Source: Elsinoe ampelina (Eukaryota). From it: DNA of 64,000 nt. Position 1 is the first letter of the stretch; each line of letters starts with the position of its first letter. Both the position numbers and the translations under genes were made by a program. The notes under the pieces were generated by a model. That model ran no database searches. It had not been told where the DNA came from and was given only the letters and a program-made list of their open reading frames with translations. Below, piece by piece: positions 44,937-57,326 of this stretch. The stretch covers positions 1,105,109 to 1,169,108 of the forward strand of contig ML992506.1 in NCBI GenBank assembly GCA_010093995.1. The letters are read 5' to 3'.

Positions 44937-46339
44937 GATGGCGGTCTGAGGCGGAGAGTGTGAGAGTGGAAGATGGAGACGTCTTGACATTGATTTCGAG
45001 TCAGGTGACTTGTCAACCGAGGTATAAGCTGGAGCGCCAAGAAGGACCCTGATTCAGTTCATCCCCTGGTAGAACTGAACACTTATCCACTACTCTACCA
45101 ATTCATGATTAAATTAGATAGTTGTTGTCTTAATCTGTTGTTACTTAGGAGTTCTATTGATTTATCTATCTCTTAGTTTATTAGGTTAAGTATTTATATA
45201 GTTATAATCTACCTTAGTTTAGTAGATTAGGTAGTAATTAATCCTTTTTCCTCCCCTACACAAGTCAATAGTTATAAGCCTAGTATAACTACCCCTATAT
45301 AAGTATATTACTTAGTTGCTTTCCTACTCTATTTATTAGTTAATTCTCTACTATTTTGCTTTTTAAGTATTAGAATCTATTAAGAACTACCTTAACTACA
45401 ACTATAGGATTTAGGTGTTAATAAAGGGATAAACAACTATAGATACTAACACCTTAATAGCTAGAACACCTATTATTCTTACTACATTAGCTAAATAGGC
45501 TAGCTAGCTATATATTATTAAGATAAGAGCATTAAATACTAAGATATAAGACCTTATTAATCCCTAGAAGACTATTAAACTAGAAGGGCTCCCTAAGCCT
45601 TAGAGACTAGAAGTAGCAAATATTAACTTCTTAACACTCTTCTAGATATATAAGAAGGAATAAGCATAATATAACAAATAGTATAAGGCCTTAGCTAATT
45701 TAGCTAGCCTTATTTAGTTATTAATTGCACTATAAGTTCTTACTATTATCTAACTAGAAGGAGATCCTTATCTATAGGCTATTCTTAGAGNNNNNNNNNN
45801 NNNNNNNNNNNNNNNNNNNNNNNNNNNNNNNNNNNNNNNNNNNNNNNNNNNNNNNNNNNNNNNNNNNNNNNNNNNNNNNNNNNNNNNNNNNNNNNNNNNN
45901 NNNNNNNNNNNNNNNNNNNNNNNNNNNNNNNNNNNNNNNNNNNNNNNNNNNNNNNNNNNNNNNNNNNNNNNNNNNNNNNNNNNNNNNNNNNNNNNNNNNN
46001 NNNNNNNNNNNNNNNNNNNNNNNNNNNNNNNNNNNNNNNNNNNNNNNNNNNNNNNNNNNNNNNNNNNNNNNNNNNNNNNNNNNNNNNNNNNNNNNNNNNN
46101 NNNNNNNNNNNNNNNNNNNNNNNNNNNNNNNNNNNNNNNGAGCCTAAATATATATACTAAGGCTAGTATAAGTAGATTAAGTACTATTACTTAAATAAGT
46201 ATCTAAGGCTAGAAGAATAGATACTAAACTAGTAGACTATAAAGGAGGTTAAACAAAGGCTAAATAATAAGACTCTTAAAGAGAGAATTAAGACTTCTAT
46301 TACTAAGGAAGTATAACATTAGAAGGAGTTAACTCTACT

Positions 46340-49300
46340 TATAAGGACCGACGTAGTAAGTACGCTACGCTAGCTTACCCTAGAGATACTATTCTCCGTA
46401 GGAGAATAAAACACTTCTTGCCTATAGAATAGATAGAGTAGAGATTAGTCTTACAATAATTAAGAGTATACTAGTATAACACCTATTCTACTCCTATGTA
46501 CTTATCTTTCTAGCTCTAATATTCTACCTTTATTATAATTCTAATCTCTCTTATATTCTATTAGATAGAGCTATATAGATAAGATAGCACTCTATACTTA
46601 GCACTAGCGAAACAACTAACTACTGCTAGAGTAGCACTAGTATAGACAACTCTCTAATAGCTTAGCTATTAGTAAGACATTTACCGAATTAGCTATAACT
46701 CTAGAGACAACTTCTATTAAAGATCGCTAGGCGGGGGAAGAGCTAGTGCTAAGACTACACCGCGCTAATATAGCTCCTATAGGAAGTATAGCCGACATAG
46801 GAAATAATACTATATATAAAGCGCTCCTTACTTGTATTGCTTAGCTTAAGAATATACTTAGTAGTCGCTCCCTAGTTATAGCGCTAGTACTATATAGTTG
46901 TTTTAATAATATATAACCTAATAACATCTATCTAATAAACCTATAAATCGTAAGAAAGTATATACTAAACTTATACTACCTCGAGGCCTTAGAGTCTACT
47001 ATTATAGTAAGAGTTAAGGAATTTATATATATATATAATAACATCTTTAAGATAGTGCCGAATATCTACTTTAAAGAAGTTACTTAGTGCTATATAGCTA
47101 CTAGCTACTTAAAAGGTTAGCTTAGCTACAATTAGGACTTGTATACTAAGAGCGCTAGCGTTATACTCTTATAGAGCCTAATATAGTTCTAGCTTTAGGA
47201 CTAAGCCTAGAGTCTCGAAAACTATAGTAATAGCTATATAGTAAAGTTCTTTACGTCGCGCTAGCGTAGAGAATAGTCGATTACTAATTTCTATATATTC
47301 CTCGATAGTTATAAGTTCTATATTAAGATAGCGCTACTCCTAGACAATATCTACTATATATAGCTTATTACCTATACTACGCTAGAGCTACGCTTAAAAG
47401 CACTCTATTAGGGGAACCTACCCCTAATTAAGGCAGAACTTCTAGTATATCTATCCCGTTTAGAGTAGAACCTACTAGGCTACTTTAACTCTATACGGGG
47501 GTAGTATAAGTATAACGCTAGAGAGAAGACTAATACTTTCGCTAAAAGGCCTCGCTATAACGAAGACTATAAGGGCTAAAAGGACTAGTAGAGTAGCACT
47601 AACGCTACTCCTATAGCTCCCTAACCTAGCGCTACTTACTCTTATAACATCTATAAGAGCCTAGACTATTAGGCGCTAAACTGTCCCTAGAAGAACTCTT
47701 TAAAACGGATAGTGTCCTTGTGTTTACTAATTCTAAGCGGCCCTAGTGTAACGTAGAATGTGCGCTAAATTCGCGCCGATATTATAGTTAACTTACCTAA
47801 AGAGCCTATCGAAGGGGTAGCTCTAATAGATAGTAGCGCCGATAGTAACTTTATTAGCTAGTATTTTACTATACGCTATTATATCGCTATCGACCCCCTA
47901 GTAGTATACTAAGTACATAGCTTAGACAAATACGAATTAACTACCTATAGATATACTAAGTTAGCCTTTGCTATTAAGGACAGTAAAGGAATAATATAGG
48001 CGTTGCGCTAGTAGTTTAAAAGCGTTAATATAACTAGTTATAATCTTATATTAGGTCTACTATAGCTATTGTCCTATAACTCCGAGATTTAGTAGAGCGC
48101 TAGTATATAGAGGCGTTGTACTAGCGCTATATAGGTGTCGATCCTAGATATACTCTCCTTCTTCTAGAAGCTAAATTAGCCTAACGCCTAGCTCTATCTA
48201 GTATATATACGCCGGGATAAACCTAGCGCCCTAACTCTACTATACTAGCTTAATAACTATATAGACGTTTTTAATAAGAGTATAGCGACAGCGCTACTAG
48301 GTAATAATTTTACTTACTCTATTAATATTAAAGAGAGGAAATAGCTACCCTAGGGACCTATCTACTCCCTCGGTAAAAAGGAGCTTTAGGTACTTCGAGA
48401 GTATATAGATAATAGCTTAGTAATAGGTTAAGTCTAGTATAGTACTAGCTCTACGGAGTCTCCTATCCTATTTGTTCCTAAGAAGAATAGTTCGCTACGC
48501 CTATATATTAACTATTATAGGCTAAATAATGTTACTATTAAGAACTATTACCCCTTACCCCTAATTACCGAGATACTCGATTGTATTAAGGGCGTATACT
48601 TATTTAGTAAGCTAGACCTTATAGATGTCTACTATAAAGTATATATCTAGCGTAGTAATAAATAAAAGATAGTATTCCGCTATTGCTATAGCTACTTTAA
48701 ATATACTATTATACCTTTTAGCCTTACTAACGCCCTAGCTATGTTCTAGGCTTATATATATTAGTACTTAAGTAGCTTAGTAGACTACTACTATATTATG
48801 TACCTAGACGATATTCTAATCTACGCTAGCGACGAGTAAGAGCATTACTAGGCTATTAGAAGCATACTAGACTACCTACGTAAGAATAGCCTCTATATAA
48901 AACTAAAGAAGTATATCTTTAAGGTAATATAGGTAGCATTCCTAGGCTACGTCGTTAGTAGCGATAGTATTATAATAGAGTAGCCCCGAGTATAAGCCGT
49001 TACTAACTAGCCTACCCCTACTAGCCTTAAGGAGTTATAAACCTTTCTTGGATTTACTAATTTCTATTATTAATTTATTAAGAGCTTCTCCTATATAGCG
49101 CTACTACTAACTATACTTATATAAGAGTTAGTCTAAGGGAAGTAAGTAGGCCTATTTCTATAGAGTAATAATGTAGTATAGGCCTTTAATAGGCTTAAAG
49201 CTACCTTTACATAAGCGCCTATACTACGCTACTTTTTATTAGGTAAGCCCCTCCAGCTCGAGACTAACGCTTTAGATTTTATACTCTCTAGAGTAATCTC

Positions 49301-52300
49301 CTAGTAAAACAAAAACGATACTCCTACACAACACTAGCACTCTATAGCGTTCTAGTTCTAGAAGCTATAAGGTATAGAACTAAACTATACTACCTACAAT
49401 AAAGAGCTTCTCACTATCATAGAAGTAGCGCAGCACTAGCGCTAATACCTACTTAGCGCTACTACTCTAATTAAAGTCCTCTCTAACTATAATAACCTTA
49501 GGTATTTCCTAACTACTAAGAAGCTTTTATAGCGCTAGGCCCGCTACGCTAAGGTACTAGCGTAGTTCGATATTATTATTTAGTACTATAGTAGAAAGAC
49601 TAACCCGGCTAATAGTCTATTACGTAGGCCTAACTACTATAAGTATAAAGAAGATATATAGGAAGAGTACTATATATTAGTTCCTCTCTTAGAGTAAGTA
49701 TTATAAATACAAAGCGAAGGAGTTATACCTATATCTATTATAGATAAGAAACCTAAGGCTAGTAGAGCCTAGAAAGACAGTAATAAAGCTAGTATAGCTT
49801 ATATGCCTTAAACTACTCCCTAATATAACGCGCTTATATAATTCTAGCGTGCCTCTAGAATAGCGCCTATAAGTCCACCTATTACCTTAGGAGCGCTATA
49901 GCTATACTAAGAAGAGTTAGAGCCTCTAGAGTAAGAAGGGTAGTATCTAGAGAGCACTTATATAAACCTCTCTCTAAGCTTAACTAGTAATATTAAATTA
50001 GAACAATATACGCCTACCCTAGTATCCTAGGACGTACTACTACTCGCCTAGGAAATAATAGAGAGCTAAGGGCATAAAGACGGTATAACGCCTATATAAC
50101 TCTAGGACACCTCTAGTAGGAAGCCTACTATAATTTTAGACTAGAGTTAGTAGATTACGCACCTTTACGCTACGTAAGTACTAGTAGACGAGACTATATA
50201 TACCTCTTCTACTTCTACGTCGCTCTAGGACCTTATCTATATAGTATAGTAAAGGGACGCCTTTACTTATAGTAAGAAATAGAAACTTCTAAAAGAGAGA
50301 ACCTTAACTAGTAATAGTACTACCCCTAAGTAGAGCCTATCTAGTAATAGCTTACTCCAGAATAGAGATAGAGTATATATCCTAGAAGAAACTACCTTAA
50401 GAGTAGAGCTTATATAGCACAATTATAATAACCCCTTAGGGGGTCACTTTAGCTATATAAAGACCTACCTTAATATAAGGAGGAAGTACTAGTAGCTAGG
50501 TATATCTATCGCTACGAAAGTGTATATCGAGCGCTACGATAGCTACTAAAGATATAAGGTAACGTAGTATAAGCCTTATAGCCTCCTATAACCCTTACTA
50601 ATTCCGCCTATACTCGAGGCCTTATAACACTAGTTACTTAATTTTGTTACTAGCTTACTCTCGGTAGAGCTCCGGCCTAGTGTTATTATAGACACAATTG
50701 TCGTATATGTCTATTACTTGTCTAAGTTTAGCATCTATATACTAACGTTAACTAAGCTTAACGCTAGAGACTTTACTAATCTATTTAAAATAGACATTAT
50801 AACGTTATTCGGAATGCTAAAGACACTAGTCTTAGATAGAGAGTCTATCTTTATAAGTAAATTCTAGAGTGCGCTATACTAGCGCTAGAAGGCGTAATAT
50901 AAGCTTAGTACTAGTTTCTATCTATAGATAGACAGCTAAACTAAAAGGCAAAACTAGACGCTAGAGTAGTACCTATACTGCTTTATTAACTATCACTAGA
51001 TAAACTAGCTATACTAGGTTAAGTAGGCGTAATTTGTGTATAATAATATGTATTAAGCGTTACTATATACTACGCTAGTATAGTTCTTATTTATATAGAA
51101 GATATGCCTACCTAATAATATTAAGGCGCTAGCGTTACCTAGCTATACGCTAGCGTATAACCCGTCGGTCGATAACTAAGTATAATCTATTACTAAAACG
51201 TGTATAGAGCTTACCCGACACCTATATAAAGCATAGAAAGACTAAGCGCTAGTCTATAATAGAGGTCAATAAGTAAAAGTCTTCTATAATAGTAACGAGG
51301 TTATACTTAGCACTAAGAACCTTCGTAGCGCTAGACCTAGCTATAAGCTATTAGCTAAGTATATTAGCCCGTTTATAATTGTATAACAAATTAGTACGTA
51401 GGTATATAAGCTATACTTACTAGACAAAATAAAGCTAATCTATAACGTCTTTAACATTGTACTACTAGAGCTATATAGGCGTAGTAAGAGTATACACCTA
51501 CCGCCCCTAGAGGTAGAAGAGCAGGAAGAATACATTATTAAACATATCCTTAGTAAGAGCTATACTAGCACCCCGAAGGTACTATACTACCTAGTAAAGT
51601 AGCAGGGTTACTCTATAGAAGAAAGTATATAGGAGCTAGTAAAAAACCTTATAAATACTAAGGAATTACTATATAAATACGAGGTAGCTTAGTATAAGTA
51701 TAGTACTAGCTAAATACTCTAGATATACTTAGGATTAATAAGTTAAAGGTACAAATTTTAAAGTAAAGAGTACCTAGGCGTAGTACTAGATTAGCTCGGA
51801 GTATTATTAGCTTATATAGAGAGAATACTAGCGTAGCGAAAACTATAGAATTATACTAAAGTAAAGAGAGTATAGTATAGACGTAGCGCTCTAGCCTTCC
51901 CTACCTTAACTATCTATATTATCTACCTTAGTCTTATCCTTATTATCCTCCTTAACACTATTAATATACCTAGTTAGCGCCCTCGTAGCGTCGTTAATCA
52001 CCTATATAGTAGTAGCTTACTTATTCTTAGTAACTACCTATAAGAAAGTTAGCGTAGCTTAGGCGTTATAGGGGCGCGCTTCTAGACTTATATAATAGGC
52101 TAAAGCCTTAAGTATAAAGCTAGTATTACTAATTATACCTAGGCGTAGCGCCTTCGCTAGCTACTTAGTGTCGACTTTAGAGGCGAAGAGCGTAGTAATA
52201 GCGCTATTATAGCATAAAGAAGTTATACTATTACTATTACTCTTATTAACTACCTTACTCTTACTCTTAGTATTAGACTTACTTTACGCACGCTTAGCGC

Positions 52301-53632
52301 TAGCCTTCTTATATATATAGTTAGTATAGGTAGTAATCCGGCGCTTTAGAAGAATAATATTCTTCTTAGAAGTAGTAGCGTTATTACGGAGTAGTATATA
52401 TATAGTAAAGTATTCGTCCTAGAGCTCCTTAGTAGTAGCTTAATCCTTAGAGTCGAGCTTAGTAGGCTACTAAGGTTAGTATAAAGTAGGCGTAGCGTAG
52501 GCGTAGAGTATATCTAGTAGTAGTGTTTATTACTATAACTATAATAATTATAGCAGGTAGCCTTAGCCTTAGTAATCTAGTAGAGAAGATTCTTAATAGA
52601 GAGTATACCGTCTTTAAGCTAGAGGTACTTATTAATAGCAATAGCGTAGTATAAGTATAGTATAGAGTACTAGTTCTAGTTAGTAAAATCGCTCTTATAA
52701 GGTCTATAAAAGGTTAGCGCTAGCGTAGCGTAAGTACTATATATAATACTTACTCCTTAGGAACTTTAGGGGCTATAGTTATTAAAGTATATAAGTGTAT
52801 AGAAGGTAAGCTAGTATAGGGCTAGAATAATAAAGGAAAAAAAAAATTACTACGTAGGTGCTATACTAGGTCAGTAAATAAATAACTAAATAGACAAGCT
52901 CGATAGCTAGATCTATAGTAGCGTAGGCTTAGTATATACGCTAAGCCTCCCCTACTAGCCCTTAGGCTAGTAAGACCTAGTCTATACTATATAGTCTCTA
53001 AAATAGGTTACTAGTATAGTGTTAGACCTACGTAAGTATAGAGCTAGCGTTAAGTAGAATACTTACGTAAAGGAAGTATTATAAAGGAGAAAAGAAAGAA
53101 AGAAGAAAAAGAGAAGAATATATATCTAGCTCTAAGCTAAGACTAATCTAGAGAATAATAGGTAGTAGTATATAATAATAGGTAGATTCTTATATATAAA
53201 GATAATAACATAAGAGCGCTATATTCTATATATAAAGAATTATACTATTGTTACTATATCTAGTATATAAAGAATAGTATAGGCTACTATAGGCACGCTA
53301 TACGCGTAAAGAGTATACTACGCCTAAGAGGCGCTAGCGAGACACTCTTTTCTAGTTTTCTTCTATACTAGGTTTTCTAGGTTTTATTAAGGCTTATAGG
53401 CGTAAGGGCGCGCCCCTTAAAGAGGAAGAATAATTATAAGAACTAATGTAGTAAGTATACTATACTAGCTTACCCTAGAGATACTATTCTCCGTAGAAGA
53501 ATAAAACACTCCTTGTCTATAGAATAGATAGAGTAGAGATTAGTCTTACAATAATCGAGGGTATACTAGTATAACACCTGTTCTACTTCTATATACTTGT
53601 CTTTCTAGCTCTAATATCCTACCTTCGTTACA
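46340..53632 (+). mobile_element. RIP-inactivated Ty3/Gypsy chromovirus nested in the Copia; 198-bp LTRs at 46340-46537 and 53435-53632; TSD CTACT
   Basis: Gag CCHC remnant ~47640-47690, ALIDSGA ~47820, YLDDILIY 48801-48824, ETDAS ~49260, chromodomain YLVKWQGY..ESTWE ~51587-51635, PPT aaagaggaaga. Confidence 0.92.
51891..52776 (-). pseudogene. RIPed antisense accessory gene of the Ty3 element; 3 introns; about 245 aa with a Zn-cluster-like Cys pattern and acidic tail
   Basis: Introns 52704-52753, 52470(or 52467)-52513 and 52038-52091 have (g)taagt/(g)tatgc donors, ctaac branch sites and tag acceptors. The spliced frame is continuous apart from RIP-type stops. Confidence 0.65.
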
Positions 53633-55156
53633 CTACTAGTGTTAATTAATATAGCTATTACTATTAGATTACACTTAGTATTTATTTTAGCTACTAGTAA
53701 CATCTCTAACTTATAGATACTAGATTCTAGAGTAACTAATTATATCTATAATTATACTATAAAGGACAGATATAAGGTTACTAGAATTATAGAACCTTAT
53801 AAGAAGCTATTCTATAGTAATACCTCCCTTAGTATTAAGAGTTAAGGAACTATTAATATTATAGCTCTTTATAAAGGAAAGCCTATAACTATCTATCTTA
53901 TAAAGGTGACCTATATACTATTAATTATAACTAATCTAGTTAGCCTTAGGAGGTTTATTAATAGTAGAGTCTACTAGAACACTTAAACTATAGAGATTAG
54001 CTATAAAGGAAAAGTGCTCTTCTTAGTTATACTAAAGTATAACTAATATATACTAGAGAATAACTCTAAAGCTCTCTATATTACTATTATATTAAGGGAA
54101 GATAATTCTTAACTATTAGCCTTTACTATAGTTACTATAAAGACTAATTAATCTTAATATAAAGTTATAGGCTATCTAAGCCTAGAACCTGTTAATTACC
54201 TTCTAACTACTATAGTTAGTAGTGAACTAACTTTAACTAAGCCTAGTTTAGTAGCTTAACTAACTTATCTTAGGTCTCTATATTAGACTTATAAGCTATT
54301 AAATACTTAGCAGATTATATTAAGGAGCTCTAACACTAAACTTGCTATATTAAAGCTATTTAAGAGAACTACCTTTAATATTATTATTAATAGATTTACT
54401 AGCTATAATAAGGCAAGATATATAAGCTACTTTACTTATAGAACTACTAACTATTAACTAGTTACCACCTATACTTATAGATATAAGATTAATAAAATCT
54501 ATATTAAGATAATTACTTATATTAAAAGTAATCTTAGCTTTAAAATTAGATTCCTTAGAAGTAACAATAAGAGGGCCTTTAGCCTTAAATTTACTATCTT
54601 CCTAGATAGTAAAGGAATCTATTATAAGCTATCTACTCCCTATACTTAAGCTTAGAATAGTTATAATAAAAGGATAAGAGCCTTACTATTAAGGAGAGTA
54701 AGGGCAATTACTATCTTTGCTAATCTACTAAGGGAATTACACTCTAAACTATATAGATTAGTAGCCTATCTAATTAATAGAACACCTCTTAAGAAGCTAG
54801 ACTAGAAGACTCCTTTTAAGCTAGTTTATAGATGTTCTCTATTAGTTACTTATCTTAGGCTACTTAGATGTAAAGCTTATACTTTAGATAAGCTTATTAT
54901 AAGTAGTAATAAGCTTACACTAAGAGCTTATATTAGCTATTTAGTTAGCTATAACTTAACTAACATCTTTAGAATCTTTATACTAGCCTCTAAGAAGGTT
55001 ATTAGAACAAGAGATGTTAGATTTAACAAAACTTAGTTCTATAAGCTAGAGGAACAACCTTAGCTAAAACTAATTAGATTACTTAATCTACTAAGGCTCC
55101 TATAGAAGGTTAATAAATCTAAAGGGGTATATAAAGCAGAGGGAACAACTAAACTA

Positions 55157-55252
55157 AATCTAGTTTAGTATCTAGTTTAGTATCTAGTTTAGTATCTAGT
55201 TTAGTATCTAGTTTAGTATCTAGTTTAGAATCTAGTTTAGAATCTAGTTTAG
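55157..55252 (+). repeat. 12-bp tandem repeat (atctagtttagt/a), about 8 copies, in the Copia linker
   Basis: Directly visible, next to an assembly gap. Confidence 0.85.
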
Positions 55253-56062
55253 TAGCCGAACTAGATACTANNNNNNNNNNNNNNNNNNNNNNNNNNNNNN
55301 NNNNNNNNNNNNNNNNNNNNNNNNNNNNNNNNNNNNNNNNNNNNNNNNNNNNNNNNNNNNNNNNNNNNNNNNNNNNNNNNNNNNNNNNNNNNNNNNNNNN
55401 NNNNNNNNNNATAGCTATCTCCTCTACTACTAGGAGGAGATAAAGCTAAAGGAGATAAGATAGAAGTTTAGACTAAAGGGGTAGTTAAAGCTTAGCCTAA
55501 GTAACTCCCTTAAAGAATTACTATAAGGTTAGCTAATCTTCTTCCTAAATATATTCTTATAATAAGAAGAACAAGAAAACTAAGAAGGTAAGTATATATT
55601 ACTACTCTTATATAAACTAATAAGGCTCCTAGATATTACTAAGCCTTTAATGCTTATCTATTAATAACACTAACTTAGCCTAAGCTAGAACTAAGGGACA
55701 ATCTCCTACTACTACTAGCTAATTATATAATATTAGAGAACTTAAGGCTTATTCTTATAAGAAGTAATTTTAAGAGGCTATAAAGGTTAAATTACTTACT
55801 TTATACTTAAAACATATATAGACTATTATACTAGTAGCTTAAGCTACTAGTAAGCCTATCTCTTTAATATAGGTATTTACCTATAAAGTTAATAACAAAG
55901 GAGAGATTATAAAGCATAAAGTAAAAGTCTATATAAGGAGTAATTTCTAATTAATAGAATCTAAGACTTATATAGTAACTCTAGCAGCTAAGATCTTTAG
56001 AATGCTTATAGTATTACTTGCTTATAAAGACATAGAGGCTATCTAGATAGATGTTATTAATG

Positions 56063-56496
56063 TAGGGTGGTTAAGTGGGTAATTACTATACTCTAAAGAG
56101 TATAGTAATTACAATATAACTTTTCGTAAAACTTTCGTGTTTTTTGATATTTTAACGTGCATTAGTAAGCGTATTTTACTAATAAAGATATTTGGTCTAT
56201 ACTATCAAAAATTCTACATTTTCAAGTACTATTTTTGCTTATGTAATCTTAGATCCTGATTTTTAGTAGTGATTTCAAATTTCTTTCTTCTTCTAAAAAT
56301 CAGGATCTAGGATTACGTAAGCGAAAGTAGTACCAAAAAATGTAGATTTTTTTATAGTATAGAAAAAATACTTTAGATTATAAAAGAAGCTTACTAATAC
56401 ACGTAAAAACATCAAAAAACACGAAAATTTCACGAAAAGTCACGTTGTAATTACTATACTCTAAAGAGTATAGTAATTACCCACTCGACCACCCTA
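56063..56496. mobile_element. 434-bp foldback MITE, copy 3, without a matching TSD
   Basis: Ends TAGGGTGG...CCACCCTA. Flanks tattaatg and gattaatt map to ~1356 and ~2643 of the first Copia copy. Confidence 0.88.
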
Positions 56497-57326
56497 GATT
56501 AATTAACTAGAAGGCTATAAAGTAACTAACAGTTATAATATTAATTATAGAGGCTAAGCTACTTACTCTTATAGAGACTACTAAGTAAGCTATATAGTAG
56601 AGAAGGCTAATAGCCTCTATCTATCCCCTTAAACATGTTAGTATTTAGTATAACAATTAGTAAACTATTAGTCTTATTACTACTCTAATTAAGAAGCTAA
56701 ATATATGTCTTTACTATGTTAATATTTATTATTATTAGCTAAAACAAGAGATTAATTAAGCTAGAGATCTATCTAGCCCTATCTTAGTAATATAGACACT
56801 ATTAGTAGATACCTTAGCTAATAGATTAACTAAGTTATTACTACCTAGAAGGTATAAGGCCTTCTTATAATAGCTATCCCTCAAGTTAGTAGTCTACTAA
56901 CTAGCTATAATAGACTTATAGCTACTTAGTAAAGGAGTATATTAACCGAGGTATAAGCTAGAGCGCTAAGAAGGACCCTAATCTAGTTTATCCCCTAGTA
57001 GAACTAAACACTTATCTACTACTCTACTAATTTATAATTAAATTAGATAGTTGTTATTTTAATCTGTTATTACTTAGGAGTTCTATTGATTTATCTATCT
57101 CTTAGTTTATTAGGTTAAGTATTTATATAGTTACAATCTACCTCAGTTTAGTGGATCAGGCAGTAATTAATCCTTTTTCCTCCCCTACACAAGTCAACAT
57201 GACTTGCTCCGGCTTTTAGCGGAGTTGACAGTCGGCACCTTCACATGCTTGAGGAATTCTTTGCATAATAAATTTGAGCTCGACTCTAGACAATCAGTTC
57301 TGCTGACTTATCGGCATACGTGATAC

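Larger units (their letters stand above)
45011..57199 (+). mobile_element. RIP-inactivated Copia element with both LTRs, nested Ty3 element and MITE; 5-bp TSD TGACT (45006-45010 and 57200-57204); two assembly gaps
   Basis: LTRs at 45011-45270 and 56940-57199. PBS-like gttataagcc follows the 5' LTR. De-RIPed protease motif WILDSGAT at ~53713. Order is PR-IN-RT-RH. Confidence 0.92.

Noticed and set aside
52459..52641. 60-aa ORF from the track as a real peptide
   Set aside because: A chance open frame in RIPed DNA, out of phase with the spliced antisense gene model.
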